From Chiloscyllium plagiosum (Eukaryota): a DNA stretch of 64,000 nt. The position numbers and the translations under genes are program-made. Positions within the stretch are counted from its first letter, which is position 1, and the number at the start of each line of letters is the position of its first letter. The stretch lies in NCBI RefSeq assembly GCF_004010195.1, contig NC_057718.1, positions 52,470,254 through 52,534,253 of the forward strand, read 5' to 3'. Positions 26,407-39,390 of this stretch are shown piece by piece. The notes under the pieces were generated by a model. That model was not told the DNA's origin, ran no database searches, and was given only the letters and a program-made list of their open reading frames with translations.

Positions 26407-29400
26407 CATAGAGTCATAGAATTATAGAGATGTACAGCACGGCAACAGATTGTTCAGTCCAACCTGTCCATGCTGACCAGATATCCCAACTCAATCTAGT
26501 CCCACCTGCCAGCACCTGGCCCATATCCTGACAAACCCTTCCCACTCACATACCCATCCAGGTGCCTTTTAAATGCTGTAATTGTACCAGCCTCCACCAC
26601 TTCCTCTGGCAGCTCATTCCATACACGTACCACCCTCTGCATGAAAACGTTGCCTCTTAGAAGTCTTTTATATCTTTCTCCTCTCACCCGAAACCTATTC
26701 CCTCTAATTCTGGACTCCTCCACCCCAGGGAAGAGACTTTGTCTATTTATCCTATCCATGCCCCTCATAATTTTATAAGCCTCTATAAGGTCACCCCTCA
26801 GTCTCCGATGCTCCAGGGAAAACAGCCCCAACCTATTCAACCTCTCCCTATAGCTCAAATCCTCCAACTCTGGCAACATCCTTGGAAATCTTTTCTGAAA
26901 CTTTTCAATCAATATTCTGACCAATAAAGAAAAGCATACCAAATGCCTTCTTCACTATCCTATCTACCTGCACTCCAAGGTCTCTTTGTTCAGCAACACT
27001 CCCCACAACCTTGCAGTTAAGTGCATCAGTCCTGGTAAGGTTTGTTTTCCCAAAATGCAGCACCTCACAATTATCTGAATTGAACTCCATCTGCCACTTC
27101 TCAGCAGATTGGCCCATCTGATCAAGATCCTGTTGTAATCTGAGGGAACCCTCTTCACTGTCTATACACTTCCAATTTTAGTGTTATCTGCAAGCTTACT
27201 AACTATACCTCTTATGCTCATATCCAAATCATTTATGTAAATGATGAAAAGTAGTAGACCCAGTATCAATCCTTGTGGCACTCCACTGGTCACAGGCCTC
27301 GAGTCTGAAAAACAACCCTTCATCACCACTCTCTGCCTTCAACCATCAAGCCAGTTCTGTATCCAAATGGCTAGTTCTCCTTGTATTCCATGAGATCTAA
27401 CATTGCTAATCAGTCTCCCATGGCGAACCTTGTCGAACGCCTTACTGAAATCCATATAGATCATGTCTACCGCTCTGCCCTCATCAATCCTCTTTGTTAC
27501 TTTTTCAAAAAACTCAATCATGTTTGTGAGACATGATTTCCCACGCACAAAGCTATGTTGACGTTCCCTAACCAGTCCCTGCCTTTCCAAATACATGTAC
27601 ATCCTGTCCCTCAGGATTTCCTCCAACAACTTGCCCGCCATCGACGTCAGGCTCACTGGTCTTTAGTTTCCTGGCTTGTCCTTACCACCCTTCTTAAACA
27701 GTGGCACCACATTAGCTAACCTCCAGTCTTCCGGCACCTCACCTGTGACTATCGATGATACAAATATCTCAGCAAGAGGCCTAGCAATCATTCTCTAGCT
27801 TCCCCCAGAGTTCTAGGGTACACCTGATCAGGTCCTGGGGATTTATCCACTTTTATGCAATTCAAGACATCCAGCACTTCCTCATCTGTAATATGGACAT
27901 TTTTAAGATGTCACCATCTATTTCCCTACATTCTATACCTTCCATGTCTTTTTTCACAGTAAACTCTGATGCAAAATACTCGTTTAGTATCTCCCCATCT
28001 CCTGCCATTCCACACAAAGGCCACCTTCTGGTCTTTGAGGGACTCTATTCTCTCCCTAGTTACCTTTTTGTCCTTAATGTATTTGTCAAAACCCTTTGGA
28101 TTCTCCATAACTCTATTTGCCAAAAATATCTCTTGCCCCTTTTTGCCCTCCTGATTTCCCTCTTAATTATACTCCAGCTGCCTTTATACTCTTCTAAGGA
28201 TTCACCTGACATGTGCTTCCTTCTTTTTCGCAACCAAACATTCAATTTCTTTAGTCATCCAGCATTCCCTATACCTACCTCCCTTTCCTTTCCACCCTAA
28301 CAGGAATATACTTTCTCTGGATTCTCGTTATCTCATTTCTGAAGACTTCCCATTTTCCAGCCGTCCCTTTACCTGCGAACATCTGCCCCCAATCAGCTTT
28401 TGAAAGTTCTTGCCTAATACCGTCAAAATTAGCCTTCCTCCAGCTTAGAACTTCAACTTTAGATCTGGTCTATCCTTTCTCATCATTATTTTAAAACTAA
28501 TAGAAGTATGTTCGCTGGCCCCAAAGTGCTCCCCCACTGACACCTCAGTCGCCTATCCTGCCTTATTTCCCAAGAGTAGGTCAAGTTTTGCACCTTCTCT
28601 CGTACGTACATCCACATATTGAATCAGAAAATTGTCTTGTACACACTTAACAAATACTCTCCATCTAAACCCTTAACACTATGGCAGTCCCAATCTATGT
28701 TTAGAAAGTTAAAATCCTCTACCATAACCACCCTATTATTTTTACAGATAACTGAGATCTCCTCACAAATTTGATTCTCAATTTCCCTCTGGCTATTAGG
28801 GGGTCTATAATACAATCCCAATAAGGTGATCATCCCTTTCTTATTTCTCAGTTCAACCCAAATAACTTTTCTGGATGTATTTCCAGGAATATCCTCCCTC
28901 AGTGCAGCTGTAATGCTATCCCTAATCAAAAACATCACTCCCCCTCCTCTCCTGCTTCCCTTTCTGTCCTTCCTGTAGCATTTGTATCCTGGAACATTAA
29001 GCTGCCAGTCCTATTCATCCCTGAGCCATGTTTCTGTAATTGCTATGATATCCTAGTCCCATGTTCCTAACCATGCCCTGAGTTCATCTGTTAGGCCCCT
29101 TGCATTGAAATAAATGCAGTTTAATTTATTAGTCCTATCTTGTTCTCTGCTTTGTCCCTGCCTGCCCTGACTGTTTGACTCGCTTCTTTTCTCAACTGTA
29201 CCGGTCTCAGATTGATTTCTTTCCTCACTATCTCCCCAGGTCCTATGCCCCCCCCCCCCCTCCCCCACCCCGATCTTACTAGTTTAAATCCTCCCGAGAA
29301 GCTCTCACAAATCTCCCTGCCAGTATATTCATACCCTTCCAATTCAGGTGCAATCCATCCTTCTTGTACAGATCACTTCTATCCCAGAAGAGATTCTAAT

Positions 29401-31210
29401 TATCCAAAAATGTGAATCCTTCGCCCATACACCAACTCCTCAGCCACGTATTCATCTGCTCTATCCTCCTATTCCAACACTCACGAGCTTGCAGCACTGG
29501 GAGTAATCCAGATATTACTACTCTCGAGGATCTCCTTTTTAAATTCCTGCCTTACTCTCTACATTCGCCCTTCAGAATCTCATCCTTTTGATTTTCTACA
29601 TCATTGGTTCCAATGTGTACAATGACCTCTTGCTGGCCCCACTTCCCCGTGAGAACATTCTGCACCCTCTCTGAGATATCCTTAATCCTGGCACCAGGGA
29701 GGCAACACACCATTCTGATGTTTCGATGCTGGCCACAGAAACCTCTATCTGTGCCTTGGCCTAGAGAGTCCCCTAACACAATCAATCGCCTGGAACCCAA
29801 TGTGCTCCTCATTGCATAACAGCCTGTCTCAACACCAGAAACTTGGCTGTTCATGCTACATTCCCCTGAGAATCCATCACTCCCTACATTTGATCATGCT
29901 AAATTGCCCGTAGTGTTAGGTGAAGGGGTAAATGTAGGGGAATAGGTCTGGGTGGGTTGCACTTCGGTGGGTCGGTGTGAACTTGTTGGGCTGAAGAGTG
30001 GGCGGCATGGTGGCACAGTGGTTAGCACTGCTGCCTCACAGCACCAGAGACCTGGGTTCAATTCCCACCTTAGGCGACTGACTGTGTGGAGTTTGCACAT
30101 TTTCCCCGTGTCTGCGTGGGTTTGCTCCGGTTTCCTCCCACAGTCCAAAAATGTGCAGGTTAGGTGAGTTGGCCATGCTGAATTGCCCGTAGTGTTAGGT
30201 GAAGGGGTAAATGTAGGGGAATGGATCTGGGTGGGTTGCGCTTCGGAGGACCGGTGTGGACTTGTTGGGCCAAAGGGTCTGTTTCCACACTGTAAGTAAT
30301 CTAATCTAATCTAATTTCCCAAACAGCATACTTGTTTGAAATGGGGATAGCACAGAAGACTCCTGCACTTCCTGCCTACCTCTCTTACCTTTCCTGGAGT
30401 TAACCCATCCATGTGACCGTATCTGCAACTTTTTTCCCTTCCTATAACTGCCATCCATAACATCCCCTTGCTATTGTAAGTTCCTCATAGCCTCTAACTG
30501 TCTCTCCAACCAATCCACTCAAGCCAATGGCATTTATTGCAGATGTAATCCTCAATAACATGTAAACTCCACCTAAACTCCCACATCTGACAAGAAGAAC
30601 ATATCAGTTAACTAGGAGCTATTTTTGCTTCTTCCAATCTACAGACCCAGAAAATAGTGCTATCTTATTCCTCTACAAAACAATGCTCCAGGCTAACTTA
30701 ATATTTATTTTAATTCTAATCAAGAGACATATCTCAATAAAACATATAATCAAGCAAGAACCCACTCTATTCAATACTGCAGACTTTCTGTAAGGGCACA
30801 CTTAAAACTATTCACTTATCTGTTTCTGTGCTGTGACCTCTCCCAAACAGGTTCCTCCAAGATCAGTTGTGAATTTCACTGTTTGTTAATTTTCCCAGAC
30901 GCACTCCAATGTCCAGCACTATGTGAGTTCAAACAGCAAAGGCAGTAACTGCGCAGGTTTACTGCTGTGTCAGTTAGCAGTGTGGGTTTTTCTCTCTCTC
31001 TCTCCTGCACTGACCCGACCATGTGCTTCCTTTGTCTGTTCCTCTTCCTTTTAAAAGAGCTGTTGTTTTGACTTTTTTAATTTCCAAAACAATACAACAT
31101 ATAAAGCAGTAATTGCTCCTCTTGTAATTCGAGGAAATCACCTCCAACACCTAAAATACCTCAAAAAAGGAGCAGCCTGTTACAGCCAGAAACTTTTCCC
31201 ATCCTCTATC
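26407..31210 (-). mobile_element. Near-full-length decayed CR1 LINE (5' UTR, ORF1 Zn-finger + SGNH esterase, ORF2 APE + RT)
   Basis: ORF1: CxxCQMWEF..DYICNKC (~30510-30600) and IVLGDSL..CLPGARIKD..VHIGTND (29552-29854). APE: CIYFNARGL, GLYYRPPNS, EDFNF. RT: KSCLTNMIEFF..IYMDFSKAFDKV. Tail at 26407. Frameshifts and deletions throughout. Confidence 0.96.
29892..30315 (+). mobile_element. HE1-type SINE preceded by a partial copy of its own 3' part, inserted in CR1 ORF1
   Basis: 29892-29997 repeats 30170-30275; full SINE at 30000-30315 with (AATCT)n tail. Confidence 0.93.
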
Positions 31211-32329
31211 CTCTGTTTTTGAAACCGAGAGGAAATTTCAGGCAGTGTACTTTTACTCCCAGTCTATAATTCTAACCCATCATGCGTTCTGTGTTGTGTA
31301 TGTAAAAACTGCTATTTTGTATTATGCAATTATAAAGGGCCCATTTGGGTTCTCAGAACATTGTTGCTCAAATGAATGGTGTGGATATTGAGCAGCTCAA
31401 TAATGGCCTGTCAAGAGCTCCTCCTATCAACTGAGGACATTACCTGCAGTGAGGGAGAGCAGGACTTTCAAGGTCCTCCACAACTATTTGATCATAGCTG
31501 CTGTCACACGACCCAGGTCTTCCTTGGAGATATTCTTCCTCCACAATACTGACCCACTTCCAGAGAACATGTCAAAATATACATGCCTGCTCTCTCTCTC
31601 AACTGAAATGGTGGGCATCATCTTCTCAACTGAAGAACCTTCTAATGGATTTCCATTTGTGCTAACCTACTTTCCATACTTAACTGGATGGTAAACATAC
31701 CTTCTTGACACTAATTAATGACTTAAGGGAAAAACATTGTTATCTCACTGTTCCTTCCACAGTGTAGGGTTGTGACCACTGTTAATCTTTCTGCTGGGGT
31801 CCTAACCACAAACCTAAAATAACATCTGTTAACTCCATTTCTCAGCACACAGATACTGTCAAAGGTAGAGTTTTCTGTTTTTATTTTATGTTGGATCTCC
31901 TTTAGATTGGGTCAGAGTGCAACACGATTCACCACAGCCAGCCAACTGGAACTCATGCAGACCCAAAGTTCACTGCTCCCTCATTATTCTGGCAATTTCC
32001 ATCTAAGTAATTTCATTATGAACAATACTCAATTGGAGTATTGTCAATAGGGCTAGTCAAACACAAGAAGATATTAATAAGTGAACACATCAGGCAAGTA
32101 AATTGCAAATTAAATCCAGTATAGTGAGTGTGGAATCACACATTTTTAGCAGGAGAAATAACATACCAACTGGCCTGACTGCATCATGTTGGGTTAAAGA
32201 GCAAAAGCAGATGGAGACTGAAAGTGCTTGCAGAAACCAACAGGGACAAGCATGTCAGTTTCCAAAATGCCATTCTCAGCACATACAAGTTTCATTAGAG
32301 CAGGAGAGTAGAGATTTTCCCCACTACTG

Positions 32330-32658
32330 GACGCAATATGCCTCAATGGTTAGCACTGCTATCTCACAGCGCTAGGGACCTGGGTTTGATTCCTGCCTCT
32401 GCGACTGTCTGCATAGAGCTTGCACATTCTCCCTGTGTCTGTGTGGGTTTTTTATAGGTGCTCCAGTTTCCTCCCACAATCCAAAGATGTGCAGGTTAGG
32501 TGAATTGGCCATGCTATCGAGCCCATAGTTGTTAGGTGCATTAGTCAGTGGTAAATATCGGCTAGGGGAATGGGTCTGTGTGGGTTACTTTTTGGAGGGT
32601 CGGTGTTGACTTGTTGGGCAGTAGGACCTGTTTCCATTCTGTAGGGAATCTAATCTAA
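32330..32658 (+). mobile_element. HE1/V-SINE-type SINE
   Basis: Head, V-domain and CR1-like tail. Confidence 0.93.
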
Positions 32659-33590
32659 AAATTGCATCCAATTCATTGTACAGGCCAATTAACATTGGTC
32701 AAGAGCTCATTAATGAGATGTTGGGATTTTCATATGGATGCACAGGCTGCAGGCACTGTCTGGGACACACCAGCTGAATGGAGACAGGTACACAATTGAT
32801 TAACATGTTATGGTCATCCAAGAGAATTAGTTGGATCCCATGAAAAGGTGAATTGTGTGGAAAAGGTCTCAGCCCTTGGGAGATGGGTGCCATTAGCTCA
32901 GCATGGTGATGCAGAGAGTGTGCAGTAAGTGCTGAGTTATTGTAGAGGCACAAGAGAAGTCAGTAAGGCTGCTAAAAAACAACTGGGCTGGCAGAGTTGC
33001 TGTCTAAGTACTCAGGAAATTATAGGTGGCTCTCAGATTTCAGACACAGTGGTGAAGAGGAACATTACCCTCTACAGGAAGGGGAGTATTCCAGTCATCA
33101 GAGAGGCAGAAGAGAAGACAAGGGAAATGGAAGACACAAGCCTACCTTCAGCAATGGATCTACTGATGAAAACTGAGCTTCCTTGAGGTGATTGAAAGTC
33201 AGTGACATAGGCAACTGTGACTCTCTGGACAGAGTCAGAGTCACCACTGCCCTTGCTGCAGATGATCTCATGCCTTGTATTATTGGTCTTGCACTGTAGC
33301 CTGTTGGTAACTGTCAAAGACACTGTGGCCAAAAAATTATTTGCTTCTGCTCTTTTCAACATCATTTCAACCTTTTGGAGCATCATGCAAACAAGTACAC
33401 ACCACTGCAGGTCACTGAGACATTCCTTCCCGGAACTGGATGGTCCATTCAATTCCAGACAATGCAGGATGAGAGAGTGAGAGGGGATTTAAATGCCAAT
33501 TCTATTTTTTACCATCCTTTGATTAACAGAACCCTCTTAGAAAGCATCTCCATGGTGTCATTATGACAGCCTACTACATACAAGAATTAG

Positions 33591-33723
33591 AGGGGCTTTT
33601 GAAGGGCTTTTGCCCGAAACGTCGATTTTCCTGCTCCTCGGATGCTGCCTGACCTGCTGTGCTGTTCCAGCACCACTCTAATCTAGAATGTGGTTTCCAG
33701 CATCTGCAGTCCTTGTTTTAACC
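33591..33723 (+). mobile_element. Penelope pLTR mini-insertion (family B) with 15 bp TSD
   Basis: ACATACAAGAATTAG at 33576-33590 and 33724-33738; GAAGGGCTTTTGCCCGAAACGTCG is the 3' half of a hammerhead core. Confidence 0.85.
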
Positions 33724-33982
33724 ACATACAAGAATTAGCCTAATTGTCACATGTACTCACATGAGTTTACAAATTTACAAGTTGCCACGAACGTCACTAT
33801 CTTAGGTACCAAGATACTTATGGGCAGATTCTTAAGTATAAACTCCTAAGGAAAAAAAAAGAAAAATAAAGAAATAAAAAGTCCAACAATAAATTATGAG
33901 AAGAGAAATAAGAGTTCACAATAACAGTCCTTCCAACCCAGACTACTTTGGACTTCACCTCAACCTGGGAATACAACTCACT

Positions 33983-34171
33983 GCTGAGGCTGGGAGTCCG
34001 AGTCCATGCTGAGGCTGGGGGGTCCGAGTCCACACTGAGGCTGGGAGTCCGAGCCCATGCTGAGGCTAGGAGTTTGAATCCACGCTGAGGCTGGGAATTT
34101 GATCCACGCTGAGGCCATGTGTTTGAGTCCACACTGAGGCCAGGAGTTCAAGTCTATGCTGAAGCTTGGAG
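33983..34171 (+). repeat. Minisatellite, ~7.5 x 24-26 bp (GCTGAGGCTGGGAGTCCGAGTCCAT)
   Basis: Units start at 33983, 34008, 34034, 34059, 34084, 34108, 34133 and 34158. Confidence 0.92.
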
Positions 34172-35107
34172 ATTGCGCTGGCTTTCAGCCCAGACATCTC
34201 TGATGTCGCCCGAGCACAGAGGTAAAAAGAAAAAGAATGTGAAAAGAGAGGGAAAAGAAGTAAAGAAATGATGGAGCTGAGAAACTCATTCACTCGTTCT
34301 CCTTCTGTCAAAGGAATCCAGGAGAATAAAGTTAGTTAAGGCATTCGGTGAGGTGTGGCCCACTCATCCTCCTTGCTGTTATCTTCGGATTTTGTTTCAA
34401 GCTCTGAAAGACTGGAGTGAAGCGCCAATCCTGGAATCTCTTCCAGACACCCATATTCTACCAGCGCTGCTGACCCAACACTGTTATGGCTACAAAGAGT
34501 AGCATGCATCCTGTGAGTAACTGTGCCCAATTGCTCAGGGTACACATATGTGCCCCTGGCTGTGTCTGTCCACTATCCTCAGAGAGGGATTATCCAGAAC
34601 CACCTCTGCCTCTGGTACCTTCTCATGCACACCAACCTCATACCCCTTATGCAGTAGCACCCTATCTCACTTTATGTCAACACACCAAGGTAACTGTGTC
34701 TACGCTAGTGAATAGTGTTAAACAACCAGAGGTTAAATATGGGTTAGACAAAGTCCAGATATTTGCTTTTACAGTCAGAGTTTCACACAGACACCTCTAA
34801 CTCTAATCCTTTGATTACCTATTACTCATATATGCAAACACATACAGTTCTCACCCAATTATCCCTCAATTAACGTAGAATAAATATGTGTTTCTGAGTT
34901 CCTCAGGCATTCCTACCAGATTCTATTGGATAACAATGGAGGGTGTGTTTGTAAGATATTAGAGTATACTTCAGACATTTGCTGTTGCTTCCCTTGCTCA
35001 GAGGTAGTGAGTGAGGAATAAGGCTGAGCTTGTTCCTAGTGCAGTGCACAAGCATAAGGGGTTACTTGATTGAAGTAGACAAGATCCTGAACATTGTTGA
35101 TAAGGTG

Positions 35108-35293
35108 ATTTGGAGATGCCGGTATTGGACTGGGGTGTACAAAGTTAAAATTACACAACACCAGGTTATAATCCAACAGGTTTAATTGGAAGCACTAGCT
35201 GTCGGAGCACCGCTCCTTCATCAGGTGGTTGTGTAAGCTAGTTCTTCCTATTAAACCTGTTGGACTATAACCTGGTGTTGCGTGATATTTAAC
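35108..35293. mobile_element. Penelope pLTR inverted pair (family A) with 13 bp TSD
   Basis: TGTTGATAAGGTG at 35095-35107 and TGTTGATAGGGTG at 35294-35306; antisense long arm followed by sense short arm. Confidence 0.85.
35188..35224 (-). ncRNA. Minimal hammerhead ribozyme motif (core mutated GAAA>GACA)
   Basis: CUGAUGA-A-GGAGC(GGU)GCUCC-GACA-GCUAGUGCUUC. Confidence 0.65.
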
Positions 35294-36599
35294 TGTTGAT
35301 AGGGTGGATATTATGGCAGAGTCCTGAACTGGGGACACTGTTTAGAAATCAGTGACCACTCTTTTAGGACAAAGATGAGGAGCTTTTCTCTCAGAGATTA
35401 ATTTGACTTTGATACTCGGCAACAGGAAATGTGGTCACCGTAAATTTTTAAGACAGGCATAGATCAATTTTTATTCTTAGCTGAGGGAATCAAAAGTTAT
35501 TGGAGATAATTAGAAATGTAGAATTCACGATATTTACAGATCAGCCATGATTTTACAGAATAACAGAGGAGGCTTGAGGAGCTAAATAGCCTGGAGTTGT
35601 TTTTAATTCGCATGTTGGTATGTAAATGCTGCCTGCTTCTGTCCTCCACAGCTAATGCCAACTGCTACCTTCATTGGATGCGACATATTTTAGTATTTAT
35701 AGATCCTTAGCAGTGTGACTGGTCAAAGCTATTAGTAAGTAGTCTGAGCAAACACTGCACTCTGAGGGCCCTTAGCTGATGTGTGTGCTGTGTGGAAAAT
35801 ACAACGGCTATCCTGAAAGTTGGTTATACACTCACCTGGCCGGAGTGCACCTTTGAATATCTTATGACACTGTAACCAACTTCTGCAAACTACACTTTTG
35901 TCAGCTACACCTATCCAAGTCTGTTTCATCTGGACAGGCAGCCTCCTGCAGGAAGAGAACATTTCTCCTGTCTCCAGCTTCCAGATTTGAATGAGAGAAT
36001 GACAGAATTGACGTATTGCCATGTGTCAGGAAGAGGGCTCAAGCTCGGCTGAGATATTCTGGAATTCAAAACTTCTATCCTCATTCAATCCTCCTCTTAC
36101 ATCAGTGAAATGGTAGCCCTTGGAAACAGTTTGGGCCTGTATTGTGAGGCCTACTTACGTTGTCACCAATCTCAATCTCCACATCTATTAAGGTGACACC
36201 CATATGAAACTCTGAGCTAACGATTGCACATCCCCAGTCCTGACTTCTTTACTCCAACCCAAAGGGAAAATTCGAAAAAATGTGAAGCAGAGGTGAAAAC
36301 GATCTGGGATTACAAAAGCATACACAGTCACCTGAAGTAGCAAGGCAGATCAATAATGTGTGAAAGGAAAGTGAATATATTATTAAGATTCATTTTTAGA
36401 GGAAGGAAACTGAAAAATAGTTAAGTTTGCATATCTTGGTTCAGAACACGGTATATTGTAAACAGGATGTAGAGGCACTATTCAGGGTTAAAAAGTAAAT
36501 TTGCAAGGATAATTCTAGAACCGAGATGGCTTCTCTATCAGGAAAGAATGGATAGGCAACAAGTTGTCTTCTTATCTCCAGAAAACAGAAAATTGACAG

Positions 36600-36818
36600 T
36601 CATAGAGCCATAGAGATGTACAGCATGGAAACCGACCCTTCGGTCCAACCTGTCCATGCCCTGGACTCCCTGACCCCAGAGAAAAGACTTTGTCTATTTA
36701 TCCTATCCATGCCCCTCATAATTTTGTAAACCTCTATAAGGTCACCGCTCAGCCTCCGACTCTCCAGGGAAAACAGCCCCAGCCTGTTCAGCCTCTCCCT
36801 ATAGCTCAAATCCTCCAA
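36600..36818 (-). mobile_element. Young CR1 3' fragment with internal deletion, inside an older CR1 relic (~36450-36960, +)
   Basis: ORF 36600-36818 joins RLSGDLIEVYKIMRG directly to the terminal 3' UTR. Confidence 0.92.
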
Positions 36819-37155
36819 TGAGAGAGGTCAACAAAATTATTGAAGTGTTTAATGGACATATAGAGAAAATATTTCTGCTTGTGCAGTAGGCAAACTCTGG
36901 GGCCACAAGTTCATATCAATAGCATAGGTACATTAACAAGCAACGAGATAAGCATGTGAGATGGACAGAGAAAAACATTCACGTCGGTGAGGCTGAATGA
37001 AGAGTGAACTATGAGGAGCGTTATATGAATCGTAAACATTATGGAAAATGGTCTGCCTTTGTGCCATACATTTGCTGTTAGAATTTTCATGATTCTCAAC
37101 AACTTATTGAAAAATATGGTAATCATTCATTGAGCTCCTGCTATTTCTTTTTCAG

Positions 37156-37187
37156 AAGATGCACAAAGCAGGAAATCACGTTCAGAA
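37156..37187 (+). CDS. Candidate 32 bp micro-exon (phase 1-0), (E)DAQSRKSRSE
   Basis: Acceptor ctatttctttttcag, donor GAA|gtgaga. Confidence 0.3.
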
Positions 37188-37614
37188 GTGAGAGAGCACC
37201 TCAGGGGTAGAAGCTCCAGTTGCTTGTCTCTTCCATGGCTCAGCCTGTCCCCTACGGCCTTGGTCAAGAAGTACATCATGTTTGCTTGGTATTGGGACTA
37301 CAGACACCAGAGGGAAAAGTTGGCATAAGCAATGATATTATTTAATTTTATTTCTTTTTTCTTTTATACTTATTCTTTTATCATTTTGAAATGCAGTCTA
37401 GTATCTCTCTACCATTTAATTAAAGAAAAGGCTTACAGACCAAAGGACTGATAGCTGGCCTCACAGTACAGTTATAAGATTGTAACCACACCAAATCAAA
37501 TGAGCATGACTAATACAAAAGCTAATGATCTCCCCTCACAATGTCAGTTGGTATAGCAGCTTAACAAGAATTTGTCACCATGGTTAGAAAAAATTTGTAT
37601 CCACCTGAGTAACC

Positions 37615-39390
37615 TGAAACATAGAAAATAGGTTCAGAATTTGGCCCTTTGAGCCTTTTCTGCTCTTCAATATGATCATTGCTGATCTTCCAACTCATTA
37701 CTCTATTCCCACTTTCTCCCTATATCTTTTGATTCCTTTCGTCCTAAGAACTACATCTAACTCCTTCTTGAAAACATTCCATGTTTTGGATTCCATTGCT
37801 GTCTGTGCCAGAGAATTCCATAGGTTCTTAATCAAGGTTGTATACAAATTGAACACAACTTGCCTGCTTTTCAATTCCCTTCCTCTAGAACTGAATCTTA
37901 ATGATTTATATTCACTTTCCTCCTGGCGTTATTAACCTGCTTCACTTCACCTCTCTGGGTAAAGAAAATTCTCCTTGTCTCAGTCCAAAATGGACCACCT
38001 CATATTCTTAAAGAGTAAACTCTCTTTTTGGACACCACAATCATAAGAACATCCTTCCAATGTTTACCCTGTTTAAATTTCATAGGTTTCTATGAGATCT
38101 GCCCCATTCTTGTAAACTCCAGTGAATGTAGTCCTAAGTCTCTCTTCATACAGCAGTCCTATCATCCCAGGGATAAGCCTGGTAAACCTTTATTGAACTA
38201 TCTTCATAGTCGGAACATCCTTCCTCAGATAAGGAGACCAAAACTGCATAAAATGCTCCAGGTATGATCTCACCAAGGCCCTGTACAATTGCAGCAAGAT
38301 ATCCCTGCTCCTGTAACATGGATCTTCTACTTATGAAGGCTACATATTATTTGCCATCTACTTTGCCTGCTGCATCTGCTTGCTCACCTTCAGCAACTGA
38401 TCTTGTACAGCCTGATCTCATTTTCACCTTCCCATCCCAATTTATCACCGTTCAGTTAATAATCTGCTTTTTTGCATCTGCTCACAAAATGGATAACCTC
38501 ACATTGGTCCACCTTATACTTCATCCATCATGCATTTGCACACTCATACAACCTGTCCAAATCACACTGAAACATAGAACATGGAACACTATAGCGCAGT
38601 ACAGACCCTTCAACTCTCGATGTTGTGCCGACCTGTGGAACCAATCTGAAGTCCATCTAACCTACACTATTCCATTCTCACCCATATACCTATCCAATGA
38701 CCATTTAAATGCCCTTAAAGTTGGTGAGTCGACAACTGTTCCAGACAGTGTGTTCCATGCCCCTACTACTCTCTGACTAAAGAAACTACCTCTGACATCT
38801 GTCCTCTATCTATCATCCCTCAATTTGGAGCTTAGAACCGTCCTGCTAGCCATTACCATCCTAGGGAAAAGGATCTCACTGTCCACTCTATCTAACCCTC
38901 TGGTTATCTGAAATGTCTCAATTAAGTCACCTCTCAACCTTCTTCTCTCTAATGAAACAGCCTCAAGTTCCTCAACCTTTCCTCATAAGACCTTCCCTCC
39001 ATGCCAGGCAACATCCTGGTAAATCTCCTCTGAACCCTTTCCAAAGCTTCCACGTCCTTTTTATAATGCAGTGACCAGAACTGTACACAATACTCCAAGT
39101 GCGGCCGCACCAGAGTTTTGTACAGCTGCAGCACGACCTCGTGGTTCTGAAACTCAATCTCTCTACTAATGAAAGCTATATGCCTTCTTAACAGCCCTAC
39201 CAACCTCGGCGGCAACTTTGAGGGATTTTTGCATCCTCCTCACAAGTCACCCTCCCACCCAGCTTTGTATAAATTTGGAGATATTATAATTAATTCCCAC
39301 GTTTAAATGACTAATACATGTGATTTCAAGCACCGACTCCACTAGTCACTGCCTGCCACTCAGAAAAAGATGTTTATTCTGTTTATTTGT
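37615..39390 (-). mobile_element. Old CR1 LINE with a younger CR1 (38572-39230) nested inside
   Basis: ORF 38949-39215 LQLYKTLVRPHLEYCVQFWS..LERVQRRFTRMLPG; CATAGAACAT tails at 37620 and 38572. Confidence 0.88.

Larger units (their letters stand above)
35040..35625 (+). mobile_element. Old CR1 3' end interrupted by a Penelope insertion
   Basis: GGGTTACTTGATTGAAGT.. (GxLIEV) and GATCAGCCATGAT...GGCTTGAGG 3' UTR. Confidence 0.6.

Noticed and set aside
30000..30075. tRNA genes at SINE heads
   Set aside because: The A/B boxes run straight into SINE bodies; these are tRNA-derived heads.
33983..34171. CRISPR-like array
   Set aside because: The units are contiguous with no unique spacers, there are no cas genes, and the context is eukaryotic.
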